NCBI GenBank assembly: GCA_016704895.1
Contig: JADIZG010000017.1
Location: 1,061-65,060 of the forward strand
Length of the DNA stretch: 64,000 nt
Direction of reading: 5' to 3'
Source of the DNA: Betaproteobacteria bacterium
GTDB lineage: Bacteria > Pseudomonadota > Gammaproteobacteria > Burkholderiales > Casimicrobiaceae
The notes beneath the pieces were generated by a model. The model saw nothing but the letters and a program-made list of their open reading frames with translations, did not search any database and was not told the DNA's origin. How positions within the stretch are numbered: the stretch's first letter is position 1; each line of letters begins with the position of its first letter. Made by a program: the position numbers and the translations under genes. Shown in pieces: positions 56,528 through 64,000 of this stretch.

Positions 56528-57394
56528 ATGAGCGACGCTGAGCAGATCGTCTACCTGAACGGCGCGTTCCTGCCGATGGGCGAGGCGAAGGTCCCGGTCC
56601 TCGACCGCGGCTTCATCTACGGCGACGGCGTGTACGAGGTGATCCCCGTCTACCATCGGGCGCCCTTCCGGATGTCGCACCACCTGAAGCGGCTGCAGTA
56701 CAGCCTCGACGGCATCAGGCTCGCCAATCCGATGGACGACGACGCGTGGGACGCGCTCGTCCGCGAGCTCGTCGCCCGCCAGCCCTTCGACGACCAGGCC
56801 GTGTACCTGCAGGTCACGCGCGGCGTCGCGAAGCGCGACCACGCGTTCCCCAAGGGCGCGCGGCCGACCGTGTTCATGATGAGCAATCCGCTGCCGCTGC
56901 CGTCGCGCGAGCAGGTCGAGCGGGGCGTCGCGGTCGTCACCGCCGACGACAACCGGTGGCACCGCTGCGACCTCAAGACGACGTCGCTCCTCGGCAACGT
57001 GCTGATGCGCCAGCGTGCCGCCGACCTGGACGCGGTGGAGACGGTGATGTTCCGCGACGGCTGGCTCACCGAGGCGTCGGCGTCGAACGTGCTGATCGTG
57101 CGCGGCGGGACGATCGTCGCGCCGCCCAAGGACCACCAGATCCTCCCCGGCATCACCTACGATGCGACGATCGAGTTCGCGCGCGAGGCCGGCATGCCGA
57201 TGGAGATCCGCCCGGTGCGGCGCGAGGAGGCGCTCTCGGCCGACGAGATGTGGCTGTCGTCGTCGACCAAGGAGGTGCTCGCGATCACGACGCTCGACGG
57301 CAGGCCCTTCGGCAGCGGCGTGCCCGGCCCGGTGTTCCGCCGCATGTACGCGGCGTTCCAGGCGCACAAGCCGGCCGCGTCGCGGCGGGCGTGA
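56528..57394 (+). CDS. dat: D-amino-acid (class IV) aminotransferase
   Basis: ATG 56528 (RBS GGAGGAGGG) within track ORF 56513..57394. Class IV fold motifs: RGFIYGDGVYEVI, YLQVTRG, CDLKTTSLL, EASASNV. It sits in the usual position between the dac gene and ybeD. Confidence 0.8.
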   Translation: MSDAEQIVYLNGAFLPMGEAKVPVLDRGFIYGDGVYEVIPVYHRAPFRMSHHLKRLQYSLDGIRLANPMDDDAWDALVRELVARQPFDDQAVYLQVTRGVAKRDHAFPKGARPTVFMMSNPLPLPSREQVERGVAVVTADDNRWHRCDLKTTSLLGNVLMRQRAADLDAVETVMFRDGWLTEASASNVLIVRGGTIVAPPKDHQILPGITYDATIEFAREAGMPMEIRPVRREEALSADEMWLSSSTKEVLAITTLDGRPFGSGVPGPVFRRMYAAFQAHKPAASRRA

Positions 57395-57409
57395 AGACGG
57401 GGTCACGGG

Positions 57410-57490
57410 AAACGGGGTCAGACCCTGCTTTCGATCGGCCCGTGGGCTATCGACCGTCGGCCAGGGGCGAAAGCAGGATCTGACCCCGTT
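57410..57490. repeat. imperfect 24-bp inverted repeat sharing the GGGGTCAGACCCTGCTTT core with the 56.4 kb hairpin
   Basis: AAACGGGGTCAGACCCTGCTTTCG (57410-57433) pairs with CGAAAGCAGGATCTGACCCCGTTT (57467-57490), with one mismatch. Confidence 0.7.
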
Positions 57491-57504
57491 TCGGGATCCG
57501 GGGC

Positions 57505-58014
57505 TCAGATCGGCGCCGTCGTCGCGTAGCGGTGCTCGTGGAACACGAGGCCGCGGCCTTCGCCGCGCGCGCAGTCCTGCACGTCGCCGATGAACACGAC
57601 GTGGTCGCCGGCGCGGTGGCGCGCATGGTGCGAGCACTCGATCCACGCGACGCACCCGTCGATCAGCGGGGTGCCTGCCCAGCCGAGCCGATACGAAACG
57701 CCTTCGAAGCGGTCGGCGTGCGGCCGCGAGAACCGGCGAGCGAGGTCGACCTGGTCCGCAGCCAGCACGTTGACGCTGTAGCGCTCGGACCCCTCGAACG
57801 CCGGGAGCGATGCCGACCGGCGCGACAGGCTCCACAGGACGAGAGGCGGGTCGAGCGACACCGAGTTGAACGAGTTCGCGGTGAAGCCGACGTAGCGCCC
57901 GTCGGGGTGACGCGCGCAGATCACGGTGACGCCGGTCGCGAACTGCGCGAGCGCGTCGCGGAACTGGTGCTCGGAGAACGCGCGCGCGGGGGCGGCGGAA
58001 GGGGCGCGGGTCAA
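57505..58014 (-). CDS. flavin reductase family protein (HpaC/RutF-like)
   Basis: Track ORF of 169 aa: FRDALAQFATGVTVI..GFTANSFNSVSLDPPLVLWSL. Confidence 0.85.
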   Translation of the reverse strand: MTRAPSAAPARAFSEHQFRDALAQFATGVTVICARHPDGRYVGFTANSFNSVSLDPPLVLWSLSRRSASLPAFEGSERYSVNVLAADQVDLARRFSRPHADRFEGVSYRLGWAGTPLIDGCVAWIECSHHARHRAGDHVVFIGDVQDCARGEGRGLVFHEHRYATTAPI

Positions 58015-58152
58015 GGTCGCGGGGGGCGGGCGGGCGCGCGGGGGCGCGAGCGTCCCCGGATGGTACCGGCAAATCGGGAAACTCCCCCTCGCGCCGGCGC
58101 TTTGCTACACTTTTCGGGCGTCAAGCCGATCCGCCTCCGTTCCCATCCGACG

Positions 58153-59355
58153 ATGGCCGAACCGCTGCAGAAGCTCATCGCGAGCCGCTACGCGGGCCGC
58201 AATGTCCCGGTGGCGCTCGTGTTGCCCGACGGCGGGCGCGTCGCGCTCTCGGAGTCGCCCGAGGTGGAGATCGTCGCCCGCACCTGGTCCGGCCTGAAGG
58301 CATTGGCCTCGCCGGCGATGGGGGCTCTCGCGCGGGCCTACGTCAGGAACGACATCGACTTCTCCGGCAGCGCGCGTCGCATGCTGGACGTCGCCGAATC
58401 GCTCGTCGGCGACATCGCGCACGGCAAGGATCCGCTGACCGCCCGGCTGCGCCTGTGGAAGCACCAGCATCGCGCGAACCGCGCGAACATCCAGCACCAC
58501 TACGACGTCAGCAACGCGTTCTTCCGGCTGTGGCTCGACGAGCGCATGGTCTACTCGTGCGCGTACTTCGAGCACGACGGCGACACGCTGGGGCGCGCGC
58601 AGCTCGCGAAGCTCGACCACGTCTGCCGCAAGCTCCGCCTCCAGCCCGGCGAGCGCTTCCTCGACATCGGTTGCGGCTGGGGCGCGCTCGTCCTGCACGC
58701 CGCGGAAACCTACGGCGTGCGCGCGACCGGCATCACGCTGTCGCGCAACCAGTACGAGCACGTCAAGGCCGAGGTCGCCGCGCGCGGCCTCGCATCGCGC
58801 GTCGACGTGCGCCTGCAGGACTACCTCGACCTGCCGGAGGGCGAGCTCTACGACAAGGTCGCGAGCATCGGCATGTTCGAGCACGTCGGCGTCGCACGCT
58901 TCCCGAAGTACTTCGGCAAGATCTGGCGTGTCCTCGCGCCCGGCGGCTTCGTGCTGAACCACGGCATCACGCACAACCCGCTCGGGGCGCAGAGCCTCGG
59001 CAGCGGCATCGGCGATTTCGTCGAGGAGTACGTGTTCCCGGGCGGCGAGCTCACGCACGTGCACCGCGTGATCGAGGGGATGGCGGCGGCGGGGCTCGAG
59101 GTCGTCGACGCCGAGGCGCTGCGCGAGCACTACGCGCGGACGCTGTGGAAGTGGACCGAGGGCATCGAGGCCAACGCCGAGCCCGCGCGCCGCGAGGCGG
59201 GCGAGGAGCGTTACCGGGTCTGGCGCGTCTACCTCGCCGGGTCCGCGCACGCGTTCGACCGCGGCTGGCTCTCGCTGTGGCAGATTCTCGCCGGGAAGCC
59301 GCTGCCGGACGGCAAGCTTCCGCATCCGCTCACGCGGCGTTACATGTATCCGTAG
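58153..59355 (+). CDS. cyclopropane-fatty-acyl-phospholipid synthase family SAM-dependent methyltransferase
   Basis: ATG 58153 within track ORF 57532..59355. Motifs: HYDVSNAFFRLWLDERMVYSCAYF, LDIGCGWG, SIGMFEHVG. Confidence 0.85.
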   Translation: MAEPLQKLIASRYAGRNVPVALVLPDGGRVALSESPEVEIVARTWSGLKALASPAMGALARAYVRNDIDFSGSARRMLDVAESLVGDIAHGKDPLTARLRLWKHQHRANRANIQHHYDVSNAFFRLWLDERMVYSCAYFEHDGDTLGRAQLAKLDHVCRKLRLQPGERFLDIGCGWGALVLHAAETYGVRATGITLSRNQYEHVKAEVAARGLASRVDVRLQDYLDLPEGELYDKVASIGMFEHVGVARFPKYFGKIWRVLAPGGFVLNHGITHNPLGAQSLGSGIGDFVEEYVFPGGELTHVHRVIEGMAAAGLEVVDAEALREHYARTLWKWTEGIEANAEPARREAGEERYRVWRVYLAGSAHAFDRGWLSLWQILAGKPLPDGKLPHPLTRRYMYP

Positions 59356-59385
59356 TCGTCCTGGGGGTCGGGCTGTGGGGGGGGG

Positions 59386-59795
<410 letters not shown>

Positions 59796-59846
59796 AACGG
59801 CGAGCCACCCTTGCGGGTCTCCGGTGAAGGCGCAACATATCGCCCG

Positions 59847-60122
59847 ATGAAGGCCACCGACACTTCCGCCTCCGCCCTCGAATTTCCGACCGCCTTCCCG
59901 ATCAAGGTGATGGGGCGGCGCAGGGACGACTTCGCCCAGGCGATCGTCGAGGTCGTCCTGCGCCATGCGCCGGACTTCGATGCCGGCACGCTCGAGATGC
60001 GCGCGTCACGCGAAGGCAACTATCTTTCGGTCACCGCGACCATCACGGCGACCTCGCGCGAGCAGCTCGACGCCCTCTATCGCGAGCTCACGTCGCACCC
60101 GCTCGTCGCGATGGTGCTGTAG
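59847..60122 (+). CDS. ybeD: YbeD/DUF493 family protein
   Basis: ATG 59847 within track ORF 59811..60122. LEFPTAFPIKVMG..YLSVTATITATSREQLDALYREL is typical of YbeD upstream of lipB. Confidence 0.85.
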   Translation: MKATDTSASALEFPTAFPIKVMGRRRDDFAQAIVEVVLRHAPDFDAGTLEMRASREGNYLSVTATITATSREQLDALYRELTSHPLVAMVL

Positions 60123-60255
60123 CGGCGCCGGGTCCGTACGGGCCGCAGGGTCCTGCGGCCGATGGAGGGGGCGGTGTGTCCCACGCCGCCAGCCGGGGCC
60201 TTGCGGCCGATGTCGGGGATCGGCGGGCCCGCGCCCTTGCCGAAACGACGTTTCC

Positions 60256-60699
60256 ATGGCAACATTATATGAGACTTTATATCTGCAGAAAGGCGAATTC
60301 GTGAGGGTGTCCCGGCACGGAGAGGCGCGGACGGCGGCCCCCGAAGCCCCCGCGCCGTCGCGCGTCCTGGGCAAGGCGGTCGTGCGGGCTGCGGATCTCC
60401 TCGGCCTGACGCAGAAGGAGTTGTCGCGCATCCTCGGCGTATCGGAAGCGACGGCGTCCCGGCTGCGGTCGGACAAGTACCGGCTCTCGCCTGATCGCGC
60501 GAAGGAATGGGAGCTCGCGCGCCTGTTCGTGCGCCTGTTCCGTTCGCTCGACGCGCTGTGGGGGCACGACGACGTCGCCCGCACGTGGCTCGCGAGCCCG
60601 AATCTCGCGCTCGGCACGCGCCCGCGCGACCTGTTGGCGTCGGTCGAGGGTCTGGTCCGTGTCGTCGCGTACCTGGACGCCGCAAGAGGCCGCGTCTAG
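60256..60699 (+). CDS. Xre-HTH / DUF2384 (MbcA/ParS-type) antitoxin
   Basis: ATG 60256 in the frame of track ORF 59965..60699. HTH: LGLTQKELSRILGVSEATASRL. C-terminal toxin-binding motif: [35 protein letters not shown]. Confidence 0.75.
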   Translation: MATLYETLYLQKGEFVRVSRHGEARTAAPEAPAPSRVLGKAVVRAADLLGLTQKELSRILGVSEATASRLRSDKYRLSPDRAKEWELARLFVRLFRSLDALWGHDDVARTWLASPNLALGTRPRDLLASVEGLVRVVAYLDAARGRV

Positions 60700-61459
60700 C
60701 GCCGTCCGCCACGCGGGCGACGCGTGGCGCGCGGTCGAGGCGCAGCACATCGTGTCGACCAACGTGCTCGTCGACAACGCCGACGAGCAGCGCGTGCTCG
60801 AGGACCTGCTCGACGAGGGCAAGCCCCCGGTGCCGCCGAACGCCCGCCGGCTCGACTTCCTGCTGTTCACGCCGTTCAGGTATCCGCCGCCTCCCGGCGG
60901 ATCGCGGTTCCGCGGCGACGTGGATCCCGGCGTGTTCTACTGCGCGGACGAGGTCCGTACCGCCTGCGCCGAGCTGGGGTACTGGCGCTGGCGCCATCTG
61001 CTGGATACGCCCGCGCTTTCCCGGATGCCGCCCGCCAGCCAGACCGTGTTCCGCGTGCGCCTGGACGCGCCCGCGATCGATCTCCGCGCGCCGCCGTTGA
61101 ACGTCGATCGCCGGGCGTGGACGCATCCGCACGACTACCGCGACTGCCAGGCGATGGCGCGGGTCGCCCGGGCGGCCGGCGTGCGTGCGATCCGCTACGA
61201 GTCGGTGCGCGATCCGGTGCACGCAGGATGCTGCGCCGTGCTCGATCCGGACGCCTTCGCGAAACGTTCGCCGCTCGACCAGCAGACGTGGATGCTGTCG
61301 GTCTTCCGCGAGCGCGTCGTGTGGCAGCGGTCGCATGTCCTCGGCGACGAGATGTTCGAGTTCCCGGCCGCCGGCTGGTCCGCGCCGCCCGTCGTGCCCG
61401 GGCCGAAACGGACCGCGTCCGCGGCCCGCGGAGAGGCTGCGCGGGGACGCCGCCCATGA
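60659..61459 (+). CDS. RES-domain toxin (MbcT/ParT-type NAD+-targeting family)
   Basis: Track ORF of 266 aa. The GTG start overlaps the antitoxin by 41 nt. GGSRFRG (R), [27 protein letters not shown] (E and S). Confidence 0.8.
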   Translation: MSSRTWTPQEAASSAVRHAGDAWRAVEAQHIVSTNVLVDNADEQRVLEDLLDEGKPPVPPNARRLDFLLFTPFRYPPPPGGSRFRGDVDPGVFYCADEVRTACAELGYWRWRHLLDTPALSRMPPASQTVFRVRLDAPAIDLRAPPLNVDRRAWTHPHDYRDCQAMARVARAAGVRAIRYESVRDPVHAGCCAVLDPDAFAKRSPLDQQTWMLSVFRERVVWQRSHVLGDEMFEFPAAGWSAPPVVPGPKRTASAARGEAARGRRP

Positions 61460-62151
61460 CCTCGCTCATGGCTGCCGAGGCCGGCTGGATCGCCAGTGTC
61501 CCCGCACGACGCGACGAAGCGACCGGCTTCGTGCTGCGCACGCTCGGGCGCACCGACTACGAGCGTTGCTGGCGCGCGATGCAGGCGTGGACCGACGCGC
61601 GCGACGACGACACGCCCGACGAGCTGTGGATCACCGAGCACCCGCCGATCTACACGCTGGGCCTCGCCGGACGGCGCGAGCACGTGCTGCGCGAGAACGC
61701 GATCCCCGCGCTCAAGGTCGACCGCGGCGGACAGGTGACCTACCACGGGCCCGGTCAGCTCGTCGTCTACGTGCTGGTCGACCTGAAGCGCCGCAGGCTC
61801 GGCGTGCGCGAGCTGGTCCGGCGCCTCGAGGCCGCGGTAGTAGAATGGCTCGGTTCGTCGGGGATATCCGCCTTCGGGAAGCCGTCGGCGCCCGGCGTGT
61901 ACGTCTCGCGCGACGGCGTCGAGGCGAAGATCGCGGCGCTGGGCCTCAAGGTGCGCAACGGCTGCACCTACCACGGCATCGCGGTCAACGTCGCGATGGA
62001 TCTCTCGCCGTTCGCGGACATCGACCCGTGCGGCTATCCGGGCCTCGCCGTCACGCAGTTGCGCGACCTCGGCGTGGCGACGACCGTCGAGCGGGCCGGC
62101 GAGACGCTCGCGCCGATCCTCGCTGCCTCGATCTGCCGACGCCACCCATGA
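61456..62151 (+). CDS. lipB: octanoyltransferase LipB
   Basis: ATG 61456 overlaps the RES toxin stop (ATGA), in the frame of track ORF 60724..62151. Motifs: [38 protein letters not shown]. Confidence 0.9.
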   Translation: MTSLMAAEAGWIASVPARRDEATGFVLRTLGRTDYERCWRAMQAWTDARDDDTPDELWITEHPPIYTLGLAGRREHVLRENAIPALKVDRGGQVTYHGPGQLVVYVLVDLKRRRLGVRELVRRLEAAVVEWLGSSGISAFGKPSAPGVYVSRDGVEAKIAALGLKVRNGCTYHGIAVNVAMDLSPFADIDPCGYPGLAVTQLRDLGVATTVERAGETLAPILAASICRRHP

Positions 62152-63128
62152 GCCTCGATTCCCCGCCGCCCCCCGACAACCGCGCGGGCGTCAAGCAGAA
62201 GGGCGCGTCGAAGACCGCCCGCATCCCGATCAAGGTCGTCGCCGCCGAGCCGCTGAAGAAGCCGGACTGGATCCGCGTGCGCGCCGCGTCCTCGCCGCGC
62301 TTCGCCGAGATCAAGCGGATCCTGCGCGAGCACAAGCTGCACACGGTGTGCGAGGAAGCCTCGTGCCCGAACATCGGCGAGTGCTTCGGCAAGGGCACCG
62401 CGACGTTCATGATCATGGGCGACGTCTGCACGCGCCGCTGCCCGTTCTGCGACGTCGGGCACGGGCGCCCGCTGCCGCTCGACGCCGACGAGCCCGCGAA
62501 TCTCGCGACGACGATCGCGGCGATGGGGCTCTCGTATGTCGTGATCACGAGCGTCGACCGCGACGACCTGCGCGACGGCGGCGCGCAGCACTTCGTCGAC
62601 TGCATCCGCGCGGTGCGCGAGCGCTCGCCCGCGACGCAGATCGAGGTGCTGGTGCCGGACTTCCGCGGCCGGATGGACCGCGCGCTCGCGATCCTCGAGG
62701 CCGCGCCGCCCGACGTGATGAACCACAACCTCGAGACCGTGCCGCGCCTCTACAAGCAGGCGCGGCCCGGGTCCGACTACGCGCACTCGCTCGCGCTGCT
62801 GCGCGAGTTCAAGGCGCGCGTGCCCGGCGTGCCGACCAAGTCCGGGCTGATGGTCGGCCTGGGCGAGACCGACGAGGAGATCCTCGCGGTGATGCGCGAC
62901 ATGCGCGCGCACGACATCGACATGCTGACGATCGGCCAGTACCTGCAGCCGACCGGCGGCCACCTGCCGGTCCAGCGGTACGTGCACCCGGACGCTTTCG
63001 CCGAGCTCGAGCGCGCGGCCTACGCGATGGGATTCAGGCACGCGGCTGTCGGCGCGCTCGTGCGATCCTCCTACCACGCCGACCGCCAGGCCGAAGACGT
63101 CCTCCACCGGGGCCAAATTCAGCTCTGA
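62148..63128 (+). CDS. lipA: lipoyl synthase LipA
   Basis: ATG 62148 overlaps the lipB stop, in the frame of track ORF 61185..63128. [13 protein letters not shown] and CTRRCPFC are the radical-SAM clusters. Confidence 0.95.
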   Translation: MSLDSPPPPDNRAGVKQKGASKTARIPIKVVAAEPLKKPDWIRVRAASSPRFAEIKRILREHKLHTVCEEASCPNIGECFGKGTATFMIMGDVCTRRCPFCDVGHGRPLPLDADEPANLATTIAAMGLSYVVITSVDRDDLRDGGAQHFVDCIRAVRERSPATQIEVLVPDFRGRMDRALAILEAAPPDVMNHNLETVPRLYKQARPGSDYAHSLALLREFKARVPGVPTKSGLMVGLGETDEEILAVMRDMRAHDIDMLTIGQYLQPTGGHLPVQRYVHPDAFAELERAAYAMGFRHAAVGALVRSSYHADRQAEDVLHRGQIQL

Positions 63129-63291
63129 TCCCGGTTTGCCGCATGCCTCGGCCGGCGACGATCCCCGCGGTGCACGAGCGAGGGCAGTGTGACGCTCGCG
63201 TGACGCCCGCGGCTCTAGCGTGGAGTCTCCCGGGCAGGTCAGGACCGACGGGGTCCGCCGCTTCCGGGCCCGCTGCTTCCCGACCGTGACG

Positions 63292-64000
63292 ATGCCTGCC
63301 CGACGACCCTCCCCGGCGCCCGCCGCGCGGCTTTGGTTGAGCCGCGGAGGCCGATTCGAGGTCCCGGGCGGGACGACCGGCGACCTCGAGCCCAAGGACG
63401 CGCTGCTGCTCGCCTACCTCGCGATCGAGGGCCCGACGCCGCGCTCGCGCCTTGCGGCGCTCCTGTGGCCCGACGTCGACGACGAGCGCGCTCGCGGCAA
63501 CCTGCGGCAGCGGCTGCTGCGGCTCAACCGCGCGGCCGGCGTCGAGCTCGTCACCGGCCATCCGCTCGCGCGCCTCGCCGACGGCGTCGAGCACGATCTC
63601 GCCGCCGCGCACGAGCTGCTGCTGGCGATCGAGCCTGACGAGGCCGCCGGCCTGGCGGAATGGCTCGAAACGCAGCGCGAGCGTCGTCGGAGCGAGAGGG
63701 TCGGCACGCTGACGGTTCAGGCCGCGCAGGCCGAGGCGCGCGGCGACCTGCCGTCGGCGCTCGAACGGGCCCGCGAAGCGGCCAGCCTCGAGACTTTGAG
63801 CGAAGAGGCGCACCGGCGCGTGATGCGATTGCATTACCTGGCCGGCGACACCGCGGCGGCGCTGGCCGCGTACGACCGCTGCGTGCTGCGGCTGCGCAGC
63901 GAGCTCGGCGTCGCGCCGAGTGCCGAAACCAGGCATCTCAAGAGCCAGATCGAAGCGGCCAAGCCGTCCGTGCCGGCCACGGCACCGGGGCGGGCCATTC
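63292..64000 (+). CDS. SARP/AfsR-type transcriptional regulator (winged-helix plus BTAD), 3' end outside the window
   Basis: Own translation from ATG 63292: MPARRPSPAPAARLWLSRGGRFEVPGG..LLLAYLAIEGPTPRSRLAALLWPDVDDERARGNLRQRL ... EEAHRRVMRLHYLAGDTAAALAAYDRCVLRLRSELGVAPSAETRHL (BTAD signature). The frame is open to the window edge. Confidence 0.7.
   Translation, partial: MPARRPSPAPAARLWLSRGGRFEVPGGTTGDLEPKDALLLAYLAIEGPTPRSRLAALLWPDVDDERARGNLRQRLLRLNRAAGVELVTGHPLARLADGVEHDLAAAHELLLAIEPDEAAGLAEWLETQRERRRSERVGTLTVQAAQAEARGDLPSALERAREAASLETLSEEAHRRVMRLHYLAGDTAAALAAYDRCVLRLRSELGVAPSAETRHLKSQIEAAKPSVPATAPGRAI

Noticed and set aside
60250-60300. An AT-rich patch with NcoI (CCATGG), PstI (CTGCAG) and EcoRI (GAATTC) sites within 50 nt, reminiscent of a cloning polylinker.
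   Set aside because: No vector-like flanks or other engineered features are present. The patch forms the 5' end of a plausible antitoxin ORF. Low GC is expected for a horizontally acquired TA module, so the site cluster is most simply coincidence.

Overview
Very GC-rich (about 70% by eye, not computed) chromosomal window that looks betaproteobacterial (Burkholderiales-like), judging from gene content and synteny.

Conserved backbone:
- A 9-10 gene Mrp/Mnh-type cation:proton antiporter operon on the minus strand (1-7123).
- DinB-family gene plus gshA.
- TorF-porin/glnK/amtB operon with a sigma54 promoter, followed by ubiK.
- An HPP-family gene and comM.
- A DUF3683/FAD/Fe-S dehydrogenase.
- yyaL and a cytochrome c551.
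- Tandem glycine riboswitch, then gcvT-(GNAT)-gcvH-gcvP-dadA.
- The dacC-like/dat ... ybeD ... lipB-lipA block.
- The 5' end of a SARP/BTAD regulator at the right edge.

Three accessory blocks stand out:
1. 9.2-15.8 kb: minus-strand genes for signal-peptide/TAT, Cys-rich or low-complexity proteins that I cannot assign to any family. They form two units that share a near-identical promoter/leader and a near-identical 128-nt 3' module.
2. 23.3-38.65 kb: an orphan hybrid NRPS-PKS cluster. It comprises a stand-alone A-PCP-TE, a C-A-PCP-TE NRPS, a KS-AT-KR-DH-ER-ACP PKS, and a stand-alone TE and PCP. Two of the TE domains have Cys in place of the nucleophile Ser.
3. A RES-toxin/Xre-DUF2384 antitoxin pair wedged into the ybeD-lipB junction.

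Sequence quality caveats:
- About 20 places show a recognisable protein continuing in another reading frame.
- gcvT is interrupted by a 113-nt GC-rich repeat.
- Several G/C homopolymers of 8 nt or more are present, plus a 167-nt poly-G tract inside a tandem REP array.
- Indel error versus real pseudogenisation must therefore be resolved before any functional claim.

No rRNA, tRNA, CRISPR array, transposase or integrase was recognised.
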